From a candidate division WOR-3 bacterium (lineage in GTDB: Bacteria > Hydrothermota > Tepidihabitantia > Tepidihabitantales > Tepidihabitantaceae), in NCBI GenBank assembly GCA_965648905.1, contig CBFGIT010000047.1, forward strand, positions 1 to 16,834: a stretch of DNA of 16,834 nucleotides, read 5' to 3'. Each line of letters starts with the position of its first letter. The first letter of the stretch is position 1. Below are positions 1 to 7,247 of this stretch, one piece after another. The position numbers and the translations under genes are program-made. A model generated the notes under the pieces. The model ran no database searches. It worked only from the letters and a program-made list of their open reading frames with translations, and had not been told where the DNA came from.

Positions 1-263
1 TTGTAACTGCCGTTCCGGTAGCCGGTCCGTGTCTCGGTCCGCTCACCCGGCTTGGCCTGCAGGTGGCCGACCAGCTGGGCCAGCATCACCCCTTCCATGA
101 GCCGTTTCAGGGCCTGGCGCATCGGGGCCATCATCGGCTCGGCCTCATCGTCGGCAAAGAAGTCCTTGTACTCCTGCCAGTGGTCGATATAGTGTTGCTG
201 CCAGCCAGCCGCCTCGCGCTTCGAGGTGCGGCTCAGGGTGTAGATGTAGTCATTGTCGGGCAT
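1..263 (-). CDS. IS256-family (Mutator-like) transposase, N-terminal part, runs off the window start
   Basis: Manual translation from ATG at 263 (SD AAGGAGA 7 nt upstream): MPDNDYIYTLSRTSKREAAGWQQHYIDHWQEYKDFFADDEAEPMMAPMRQALKRLMEGVMLAQLVGHLQAKPGERTETRTGYRNGSY. The HL..ER..R..YRNG.Y motif is typical of the IS256 transposase N-terminus. Absent from the ORF track because it has no stop in the window. Confidence 0.88.
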   Translation of the reverse strand, partial: MPDNDYIYTLSRTSKREAAGWQQHYIDHWQEYKDFFADDEAEPMMAPMRQALKRLMEGVMLAQLVGHLQAKPGERTETRTGYRNGSY

Positions 264-362
264 GGGCTGTTCTCCTTTGGTTTACTAACTTCACGGCCTG
301 AGAGAGGATACGCCCTGCCCGGCGCTTTTCCAGTCAATTTACACACAATCAAGGATACTACC
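1..362 (-). mobile_element. Left end of an IS256-family insertion sequence, terminal inverted repeat ~338-362
   Basis: Minus strand 362->338 reads GGTAGTATCCTTGATTGTGTGTAAA, resembling IS256-family ends (GG/GA start, ...TGTGTAAA), ~75 nt upstream of the transposase start. The other end is outside the window, so the boundary is uncertain by 1-2 nt. Confidence 0.75.
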
Positions 363-382
363 CGCGCGGGGCCTGACCGCGC

Positions 383-410
383 TTGACAGGCAGATAGTAA
401 TCGGCAATAT
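383..410 (+). promoter_or_regulatory. Candidate sigma70-type promoter for the NTPase gene
   Basis: TTGACA 383-388, 16 nt, CAATAT 405-410. An alternative -10 TATGAT at 408-413 would need a 19-nt spacer. Confidence 0.5.
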
Positions 411-636
411 GATGACATGACGAAGTCCGCAGCCGGCCCGGTTCCGTTAGTCTTGGGTAAGCGGAAAGATGAAAGACGTGACCGCGAAGCACCCCGTTAG
501 TTGGCCCCCAGCGAAGCCCGGTGTCAGCGCGTGTCGGACAGGCCGATTGCCGCCATCGTCGGCTAGGAGCTCCTGAGAGTCTCGAGTGTTTCGACGGCCT
601 GCCTAGGTATGCCGCACAAACGAAATGGAGGTATAG

Positions 637-2949
637 GTGACGAGTGAAGAGATCAAGCATCTGGCCAAACAGTTCCTCAGAACCTACAACTACCTTGCTA
701 AGGATGTCGACCCGCACGCCATCGTGTTCAGCCGGCCTACTGGACTCGGTGTCACAGATGAGATCCTCGTGTACATTCACAGGCGAGGCGCCGAAGCCGA
801 GCTGGAATCGGAACTCCGTTCACTGGCTAGGAGATTCGAGAGGGTGCCAGCCGGACCTGGTGGCAGACGCTTTTTCCTCGCGCCCGAACCGCTGGGCGTT
901 GCGCCGCCAGTCGTCAGTGAGTTCGGCTTCACATATCAGGTCCCGGCTTTTTTCTTCGACCGAGAGTTTACAAGTCTCAAGCCAACCACGACGCTCAAAC
1001 AGCTTGAGAGAGACGCTGCGAGGTTTGACCAAGAGCGCATCGACCAACCTTTTCGGACTGACGGTCATGCCGGGGCTGACCTGCTGGCGCACCTTCTATC
1101 TGAACTACGGACGCCATTGGAGCCGTCGCTCCGCATTGTCGTCGCACCAGCGGGATACGGAAAGACCGTTCTAATCGCGGGGCTCTATTCCAAGCTGAAG
1201 GAAGAGTTCACACGGAACAAGAATCAACAGAAGATGGGCATGCGTCCGCTCCTAATGCTACCAGGGCACCTTGGACGCGCCGCAGACCTCTCAACTCTCG
1301 TGAACAACTTCATCGGTGAAGAGTACGACTTCGGAATGCTCAGCGAGGAGGGTTTCTCATTCTGGGTGCGAAACAACTTTGGCGTGTGGCTCCTGGACGG
1401 CTTGGAAGAACTGATCTTGAAGTCTCCTGAGGAGTTCATGCTGGAACTACTCAATGACTACATCGCGGCGCCCAACACAGGCAACCCTCAAATAGTGGTT
1501 GCCGTCAGAAAGCCAATCTTGGCGACTTCGCCCGAACTCAAGAGCATCATTGATGACTACAAGGACTACGGTGTCCGGGTCTACGAGCTGGTTGACTGGT
1601 CAGAGACGCAAGCAGAGGCTTACTTCAGGAAGAATCTCCGAATCTCCGGCGCCGAGACCGAGGACTTCCTGCGTGAGTTCCGGCGGTCAGTTACCCTACG
1701 CGACATATGTCGTGTACCGTACTACTGCAGATTGGTTGCGGACCTAAGAAACGATGGCAAGATGCGGGCATTCGCCGACGGCTACGACCTGGTCAGTCAC
1801 GCGGTAAGCCAAATCTGCGAGCGCGAGTTTACGAAGAACCTCGATCCCGACGTGTTCCCCGTAACGACTCAGATGGAACTGCTTGCGGAACTCGCCGGCC
1901 AGCAGATGCGCGGCCACCGGATCACGCGGGAGCTTCTGACTGACCACGCTGAGGTCATATTGTCTGGCTGCCCCGAAGAAGTCAAGTTAAGTCAGACCGA
2001 GGCCATGAGACAGCACGCATTGCTGACTGGAGCCAGCTCGGGGAGCGACTCGGAGCTGGAGTTCACGCAGGACATCATCAAACAGTACCTGGAAGGCATG
2101 TACCTTGCTGGCGAGCTTGCCCGAATTAGAGTAGATGCGCTGCACCTGCAGGAGATGGAAACAGGGTCGTTGACGTTGGAGTTTCTCCGGAAACACACAT
2201 CCGACTTGGACTGGGCTGCGGTGATGTCGCATGCCTGCACTTTGTGTTCATCCCGGAATGACGAGGGTATCGGATTCCGCAACGCTGTGAAAGTCCTCTT
2301 GTCGTCCGGCGCACCCGACAAGGCTGCTTTCCTACGCGATGAGATGCAGGAGAAGAACCTCACGGGTATCGAGTTCAGAGGCCTTGCTCTCTCGTCAGTT
2401 CGTTTTTGCGGTTCCAAGCTTGACGGAGCGGTGTTCGCTGATTGCGACTTGGCGGGGTGCAATTTTGACGGTTGTCTCTTCCGGAATACGGCGTTTGACG
2501 GCCGGATTGAGTTGACTGGCGCCACTACGAAAGGCGCACTTTTCGAGGTCATCCGTGTGGATGGCAAAGTCATTGGTGACAAGAAGGCCATTGAGCGTTG
2601 GTTCTATGACAAGACCAAGGTCAAGCCGGAACACATCGAGCCGTGTCAGGCCGCCGTAAACACTCGCCGCGTCCTGGAGAAAGTCTTCCGCAAAGGCAGA
2701 GGAGGGAAACTGCCAATGCAGTTCCTGCTCCGAACGCGCTGCGAAGGCGTCTCTGCGGATAGATGTGTCAAGGCCTTAGTGAAGGCAGGATACCTGCGGG
2801 AAACCGGCGACTGGGTGAAACCTGCCACCATGCGGTTCGCTGAAATCACATGTTTCGTGGAGCGTGACTCTGCGACTGAAGGGCTACGTACGGTTCTTGA
2901 CGGTCTATGCGACGAACCGGGCTGCATCCACGTCCGGTCTCGCTGCTAG
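637..2949 (+). CDS. NACHT/STAND-type P-loop NTPase with pentapeptide repeats, putative defence or signalling protein
   Basis: 770 aa, GTG start with GGAGG at 627-631. Walker A APAGYGKT (1144-1167), Walker B WLLDGLEE (1387-1410), post-NTPase helical PYYC, winged-helix-like LEFTQDIIKQYL, pentapeptide repeats NLTGI-EFRGL-ALSSV-RFCGS-KLDGA-VFADC-DLAGC-NFDGC-LFRNT from 2356. Confidence 0.85.
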   Translation: MTSEEIKHLAKQFLRTYNYLAKDVDPHAIVFSRPTGLGVTDEILVYIHRRGAEAELESELRSLARRFERVPAGPGGRRFFLAPEPLGVAPPVVSEFGFTYQVPAFFFDREFTSLKPTTTLKQLERDAARFDQERIDQPFRTDGHAGADLLAHLLSELRTPLEPSLRIVVAPAGYGKTVLIAGLYSKLKEEFTRNKNQQKMGMRPLLMLPGHLGRAADLSTLVNNFIGEEYDFGMLSEEGFSFWVRNNFGVWLLDGLEELILKSPEEFMLELLNDYIAAPNTGNPQIVVAVRKPILATSPELKSIIDDYKDYGVRVYELVDWSETQAEAYFRKNLRISGAETEDFLREFRRSVTLRDICRVPYYCRLVADLRNDGKMRAFADGYDLVSHAVSQICEREFTKNLDPDVFPVTTQMELLAELAGQQMRGHRITRELLTDHAEVILSGCPEEVKLSQTEAMRQHALLTGASSGSDSELEFTQDIIKQYLEGMYLAGELARIRVDALHLQEMETGSLTLEFLRKHTSDLDWAAVMSHACTLCSSRNDEGIGFRNAVKVLLSSGAPDKAAFLRDEMQEKNLTGIEFRGLALSSVRFCGSKLDGAVFADCDLAGCNFDGCLFRNTAFDGRIELTGATTKGALFEVIRVDGKVIGDKKAIERWFYDKTKVKPEHIEPCQAAVNTRRVLEKVFRKGRGGKLPMQFLLRTRCEGVSADRCVKALVKAGYLRETGDWVKPATMRFAEITCFVERDSATEGLRTVLDGLCDEPGCIHVRSRC

Positions 2950-3017
2950 GACTGGCATTCGGACGCTGCCGGAGAATGGTCCGCGACTGCAGCGTCGTCA
3001 TCTCTTGTCTATCCCCC

Positions 3018-3281
3018 ATGCCCCCGCGCCAGCAGCTTGAGTCCCGCATCAGGTGTGCGCTCAACGTGCTGGGCATCGTGCCGGCGCAGCAGTTCGGTTA
3101 TCTGAGTTTCGGCCGGAGCGTGGCCAAGGCTCGGAGGTCAGTCAACGGGAAGGACCCGGTGACGCTCTGCGGAACCCTCGTGGAGCGCTACGCGAAGCTG
3201 GGCCTGGAGCGACCGGTGATGTACCGGCTGCTGGCCGCCGTGTTTACCATCCGGCCAGACCAGGACTGGCCTGCGAGCTAG
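3018..3281 (+). CDS. Small helical protein resembling the SIRV/Adnaviria coat-protein C-terminal domain, possibly 5'-truncated
   Basis: In-frame ATGs at 2976 and 3018. Codons from ~3030 are mostly G/C-ending like host genes. Motif L-x3-GI-x7-Y-x2-FG-x2-VA-K-A at 3060-3131. Start uncertain, no clear SD. Confidence 0.55.
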   Translation: MPPRQQLESRIRCALNVLGIVPAQQFGYLSFGRSVAKARRSVNGKDPVTLCGTLVERYAKLGLERPVMYRLLAAVFTIRPDQDWPAS

Positions 3282-3298
3282 AGCCGGCAGAGGCGAGG

Positions 3299-3340
3299 CA
3301 GAAGACAGAGTGCAGAATGCAAATGTCAAAGTGCAAAACG
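3299..3340 (+). repeat. Degenerate heptamer tandem array, 6 units
   Basis: cagaaga cagagtg cagaatg caaatgt caaagtg caaaacg. Confidence 0.75.
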
Positions 3341-3371
3341 GCGAGCAGCGAGTGGCGAGGCTGTCTTCCGC

Positions 3372-3399
3372 TTGCGTTCGGCCGGATGAGCGCTACACT
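3372..3399 (+). promoter_or_regulatory. Candidate promoter for rfbD, probably leaderless mRNA
   Basis: TTGCGT 3372-3377, 16 nt, TACACT 3394-3399, then 8 nt to ATG 3408. No SD. Confidence 0.55.
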
Positions 3400-3407
3400 G
3401 GTTTCTG

Positions 3408-4256
3408 ATGCGCTGTCTTGTCACCGGCGCTGCCGGTCTGCTCGGAACCGAGCTGGTCGCATTTCTTAGACACCAGAATCAGGAGGTGCACGGCTGGGAC
3501 CTGCCGAAGCATGATGTGACCGACGTGAACCGGTTCATCAATGACGCGCATTCGCTCGGGCCCGAGGTCATTTTCCATCTGGCTGCCTGGACCGACGTTG
3601 ATGCCTGCGAGAAAGACAAGGCAAAGGCGGTCGCCGTGAACTTTCAGGGGACATGGACCGTGGCGTTGGCCGCAGCCGAACTCGGGTGCAAGATTGTCTA
3701 CCTGAGCACGGACTACGTTTTTGACGGCAGCGCCAGACGACCGTACCGCGAAAAGGACAAGCCGAATCCGCTGTCGGTCTATGGCCGGACCAAGCTGGCC
3801 GGTGAGCAGGCAGTGGAGAACGACTGCAAGCGCCGATTCATTGTCCGCACGAGTTGGCTGTACGGCAGGCACGGTCGGAACTTCGTTGATACCATCCGCC
3901 AGAAGTCAGCAGAACAGGCCCAAATAGAGGTGGTTAGCGACCAGGTTGGGTCGCCGACCTGGGCACGAGACCTGTGCCGACCGCTCTGGGAGCTGGCCCG
4001 CAGTGACTCGTATGGCACATATCATCTGACGAATTCCGGCCGGTGTTCGTGGTTTGAGCTGGCCGAGGAGGTGGTGCGTCTGACCGGAAGCAGTTGCCGG
4101 GTTGAGCCGGTGACGACTGAGAAGGCTGCCCGGCCCGCACCACGACCTCATTTCTCAGTGCTTGACAACCGCGCGTTCCGCTCGAAGTTCAACAAGGAGT
4201 TGAGGCCGTGGCAGGACGCGCTCAAGGCGTATCTTGGCGAAGTACCGGCAGCCTAG
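3408..4256 (+). CDS. rfbD: dTDP-4-dehydrorhamnose reductase (RmlD)
   Basis: VTGAAGLLG Rossmann motif, HLAAWTDVDACE, STDYVFDG, YGRTKLAGE, IVRTSWLYG, DQVGSPT, APRPHFSVL. Confidence 0.95.
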   Translation: MRCLVTGAAGLLGTELVAFLRHQNQEVHGWDLPKHDVTDVNRFINDAHSLGPEVIFHLAAWTDVDACEKDKAKAVAVNFQGTWTVALAAAELGCKIVYLSTDYVFDGSARRPYREKDKPNPLSVYGRTKLAGEQAVENDCKRRFIVRTSWLYGRHGRNFVDTIRQKSAEQAQIEVVSDQVGSPTWARDLCRPLWELARSDSYGTYHLTNSGRCSWFELAEEVVRLTGSSCRVEPVTTEKAARPAPRPHFSVLDNRAFRSKFNKELRPWQDALKAYLGEVPAA

Positions 4257-4638
4257 AATCGGCGCTGACTGCATCATTACAGTCGGTGACCGTATTGTGT
4301 TGATTGAGCGGGCGTTTGAGCCCAAAGGTTGGGCTCTGCCCGGCGGTCTGGTCGAAGACGGCGAGACGGTCGAGACGACCGTGCGGCGGGAGATGATGGA
4401 GGAGACCGGCCTCGAGCTTGCCGAGCTCAGGCTCTTTGGGGTCTACTCTGAGCCGGGCCGTGACCCGCGGTTTGACTGCATCTCGGTAGTGTTTCAGGCC
4501 CGGGGTCTGGGTGAGCTGCGCTCAGGCGACGACGCAGCCAGTGCTCGGTTGTTTCTGCCCGCAGAAATCCCCTGGGCCGCAATGGCTTTTGACCACGGCC
4601 GGATTCTTTCCGACTTCCTCAGGCAGACCGGTCAGTAG
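4234..4638 (+). CDS. NUDIX hydrolase (ADP-ribose pyrophosphatase/MutT-like)
   Basis: NUDIX box GGLVEDGETVETTVRREMMEETGL, plus YSEPGRDPR, GDDA and AFDH motifs. TTG start overlaps the rfbD end. Confidence 0.9.
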   Translation: MAKYRQPRIGADCIITVGDRIVLIERAFEPKGWALPGGLVEDGETVETTVRREMMEETGLELAELRLFGVYSEPGRDPRFDCISVVFQARGLGELRSGDDAASARLFLPAEIPWAAMAFDHGRILSDFLRQTGQ

Positions 4639-6107
4639 GTCCGCGCGTAGTAGATCCGCGTCGTGGTCTTGCTGCCGCAGGCGATGCAGGGCCCTTCGAT
4701 CTTGTCCTGTTCGTCCAGGACCATGACGCGGGGTGTGGTTCTGGTCTCGTCGATGATTTGGTTTTCGCACTCCTGCGAGCCGCACCAGTGCACCAGAATG
4801 AAGCCGGGACGTTCTTCGAGCTTCTGCTTGAACTCGTCGAAGCTCGCGGCCTGCCGGGTCATCTGCTGCATCCGCTCCAGCGCGGCCTGATACATCGCTG
4901 TCTGGACCTGGTCGAGCAGTCTCTCAAGCTCGGGTTTCAGTTCGGCCAGCTTGACAAACTGCTTGCCCGCGCCGTTGCGCGGCACGAGCACGGCCTGACC
5001 TTTCTGGACGTCTTTGGGCCCGATTTCGATTCGCACCGGAATTCCGAGCATTTCGTACTGGTTGTACTTCCAGCCCGCGGTCTGTTTCGGGTCGTCGTCG
5101 AGCTTGACGCGCAGGCCGACAAGTTGCTCCGGTACCCGGCGGCATTCGGCGAGCACGGCTTCGTCGTTCTTGCCGAACAGGATGGGAACCACAACCGCCT
5201 GGATTGGGGCGACCCTGGGCGGCAGGAACAGGCCGTGGTCATCGCCGTGCGTCATTACCAGGGCACCAATCAACCTGGTGCTCACGCCCCACGAAGTACC
5301 CCAGGGGTGTTTCTCGACGTTGTCCTCGTCAAGGTACTTGATGTCGAATGCGCGGGCAAAACCCTGGCCGAGATTGTGCGAGGTTCCGGCCTGGAGCGCC
5401 TGACCGTCAGGCATCATCGCTTCCATCGTGTAGGTCCGGTCAGCACCGGCGAACTTCTCCGATTCCGGCTTCAGACCGGCGAGCACTGGTATTGCCAGGT
5501 CGTTGCGGATGAAGTCGAGATAGACGTCGAGCATCCGGCGGGCCTCTTCTTCGGCTTCTTCGCGGGTGCGGTGCAGGGTGTGGCCTTCCTGCCAGAGGAA
5601 CTCGCTCGTGCGCAGGAAAAGCCGGGTGGCCTTTTCGGCCCGGAAGATGTTGCACCACTGGTTGACGAGCACCGGCAGGTCACGGTAGGACTTGACCCAG
5701 CGGGCGAACATGGCGTTGATAATCGCCTCGGACGTGGGGCGAAGGGCGAGCCGCTCTTCGAGCTTGTCCGAACCACGATGCGTCACCCACCAGACCTCGG
5801 GGGCAAACCCCTGGACGTGTCGCGCCTCTTTCTGGAAGAACGACTCGGGAACAAGGGTCGGGAAATAGGCGTTGAGGTGGCCGGTGGCCTTGAACCGGGC
5901 GTCAAGCCGTGCCTGCATGTTCTCCCACAGGGTGTAGCCGTAAGGCCGAATCACCATGCAGCCGCGCACCGGCGCATAGTCGGCCAGCTCGGCCTTGAGC
6001 ACGACTGCGGAGTACCATTCGGAGAAGTTCTCCTGTTTGGATGGAATCTCTCGGACAATGCCGGTTGGCTTTGCCGAATCCGGCCGGCGGCTCTTATCTT
6101 CGTTCAT
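4632..6107 (-). CDS. proS: Proline--tRNA ligase, archaeal/eukaryote-type
   Basis: FSEWY, VRGCMVIRPYG, RPTSE, FLRTSEFLWQEGHT, QAGTSHNLGQ, SWGVSTRLIG, GIPVRIEIGPKD, C-terminal Cys cluster and terminal ARTY, no INS editing domain. Start placed at ATG 6107 (MNEDK) rather than 6335. Confidence 0.96.
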   Translation of the reverse strand: MNEDKSRRPDSAKPTGIVREIPSKQENFSEWYSAVVLKAELADYAPVRGCMVIRPYGYTLWENMQARLDARFKATGHLNAYFPTLVPESFFQKEARHVQGFAPEVWWVTHRGSDKLEERLALRPTSEAIINAMFARWVKSYRDLPVLVNQWCNIFRAEKATRLFLRTSEFLWQEGHTLHRTREEAEEEARRMLDVYLDFIRNDLAIPVLAGLKPESEKFAGADRTYTMEAMMPDGQALQAGTSHNLGQGFARAFDIKYLDEDNVEKHPWGTSWGVSTRLIGALVMTHGDDHGLFLPPRVAPIQAVVVPILFGKNDEAVLAECRRVPEQLVGLRVKLDDDPKQTAGWKYNQYEMLGIPVRIEIGPKDVQKGQAVLVPRNGAGKQFVKLAELKPELERLLDQVQTAMYQAALERMQQMTRQAASFDEFKQKLEERPGFILVHWCGSQECENQIIDETRTTPRVMVLDEQDKIEGPCIACGSKTTTRIYYARTY

Positions 6108-6115
6108 GACGCCGT

Positions 6116-6143
6116 ATACTAGCCGCCCGGCTCTTTCAGTCAA
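6116..6143 (-). promoter_or_regulatory. Candidate promoter for proS, probably leaderless mRNA
   Basis: Minus strand: TTGACT (6143-6138), 16 nt, TAGTAT (6121-6116), 8 nt, ATG. No SD. Confidence 0.6.
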
Positions 6144-6161
6144 GCACGAGCAGAGGCAGGG

Positions 6162-6231
6162 AAGATGGCAGAGACCTGAATACAGAACGTAGAATGCAGA
6201 GTACAGAGGGCAGAATGCGGGATGCGGAATG
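6162..6231 (+). repeat. Degenerate heptamer tandem array, ~10 units, consensus CAGAATG
   Basis: aagatgg cagagac ctgaata cagaacg tagaatg cagagta cagaggg cagaatg cgggatg cggaatg. Confidence 0.85.
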
Positions 6232-6301
6232 GCCGGGCAAGCGGCAGACGGCGGTTCCGAACGTGGTGGTCGAGCGCCGGGTTCCGGCGCAACGCGCGCT
6301 A

Positions 6302-6329
6302 TTGATTTGTGCCGGAAAGATTGTATTAT
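6302..6329 (+). promoter_or_regulatory. Candidate promoter of the rplM operon
   Basis: TTGATT 6302-6307, 16 nt, TATTAT 6324-6329, ~100 nt before rplM. Confidence 0.6.
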
Positions 6330-6429
6330 TGCCATTCCAGACGATGAGCCCGGAAAAACAGTCCGTAGTCCGGCTCAGGGCTGGAAATGATTTGACAGTA
6401 GGTGAGTTACTAGTCTAAGGAACGCCATA

Positions 6430-6855
6430 ATGAAGACGACCGTTGCCCGAAAAGAGGACCTGCATCCGGAGTGGTATCTGATTGATGCCCAGGGCATGGT
6501 CCTTGGCCGGCTGGCGAGCCGGGTTGCGACTCTCTTGATGGGCAAGCACCGGCCCGCGTACACGCCCCACGTTGACTCAGGCGACCACGTGGTCGTCGTC
6601 AACGCCGGGGGGATTCGTGTTACCGGCGACAAGTACGAGAGCAAGCTGTACCGCCGCCATTCGTTCTACCCCGGCGGGCTGAAGACAAGGACGTACCGCC
6701 AGGTTGTGGAGCGGTTCCCAACCCGGCCGCTCGAACTGGCCGTGAAGCGGATGCTGCCGAAGAACCGACTTCAGGACCGGCGCATGCGGCGGCTGCACGT
6801 CTATGTAGGAGCAGAACACCGCCACCAGGCCCAGAAACTAACCCCAACGAAGTGA
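6430..6855 (+). CDS. rplM: 50S ribosomal protein L13
   Basis: WYLIDA, LGRLAS, GKHRPAYTPHVDSGDHVVVVNA, YPGGLK, AVKRMLPKN. SD AAGGA upstream. Confidence 0.98.
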   Translation: MKTTVARKEDLHPEWYLIDAQGMVLGRLASRVATLLMGKHRPAYTPHVDSGDHVVVVNAGGIRVTGDKYESKLYRRHSFYPGGLKTRTYRQVVERFPTRPLELAVKRMLPKNRLQDRRMRRLHVYVGAEHRHQAQKLTPTK

Positions 6856-7247
6856 ATATGGACAAGCCACATTTTGCTACCGGCAGTCGCAAGTCCGCAA
6901 CCGCTCGAGTCTGGCTGGTCCCGAGTAGTTCGGAGAACACGGTCAACGACCGAGGTTTTGACAGCTACTTCGGCCGAGCCGACCTGGTGGCGGCGGCGCT
7001 CGCACCGCTCAAGACCACCGGTCTGGCGGCCCAATTCGGGATTCGCTGCCACGTTACCGGCGGCGGGCTTTCGGCCCAGGCTGCCGCGGTTGCGCTGGGC
7101 GCGGCCCGAGCCCTGGTTGAGTATGACCCTGAGCTCCGCAAGACCCTGCGCAGCGCCGAGCTCCTGAAGCGCGACCCGCGGGAAAAGGAGCGGATGAAGT
7201 ACGGGCTGGCCAAGAGGAGGAAACGCTTCCAGTGGACCAAACGTTAA
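6852..7247 (+). CDS. rpsI: 30S ribosomal protein S9
   Basis: [42 protein letters not shown] overlap with rplM, alternative ATG at 6858. Confidence 0.97.
   Translation: MNMDKPHFATGSRKSATARVWLVPSSSENTVNDRGFDSYFGRADLVAAALAPLKTTGLAAQFGIRCHVTGGGLSAQAAAVALGAARALVEYDPELRKTLRSAELLKRDPREKERMKYGLAKRRKRFQWTKR

Noticed and set aside
63..386. 107-aa plus-strand ORF
   Set aside because: Antisense shadow of the IS256 transposase, and it crosses the IS end.
3053..3469. 138-aa alternative ORF over the capsid-like gene
   Set aside because: It runs through the repeat array into rfbD and has an off-frame Arg/Gly/Ala-rich composition.
4758..6122. 454-aa ORF antisense to proS
   Set aside because: Shadow frame caused by high GC at third codon positions. 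No recognisable motifs.
6162..6231. Heptamer arrays as a CRISPR array
   Set aside because: The period is 7 nt with no unique spacers, and there are no cas genes.
6108..6335. 76-aa N-terminal extension of ProRS in the ORF track
   Set aside because: It translates the heptamer array and promoter region (PAFCPLYSAFYVLYS). A promoter sits just before ATG 6107.
6392..6397. Perfect TTGACA just upstream of rplM
   Set aside because: No acceptable -10 box at 16-18 nt. The 6302-6329 pair fits better.
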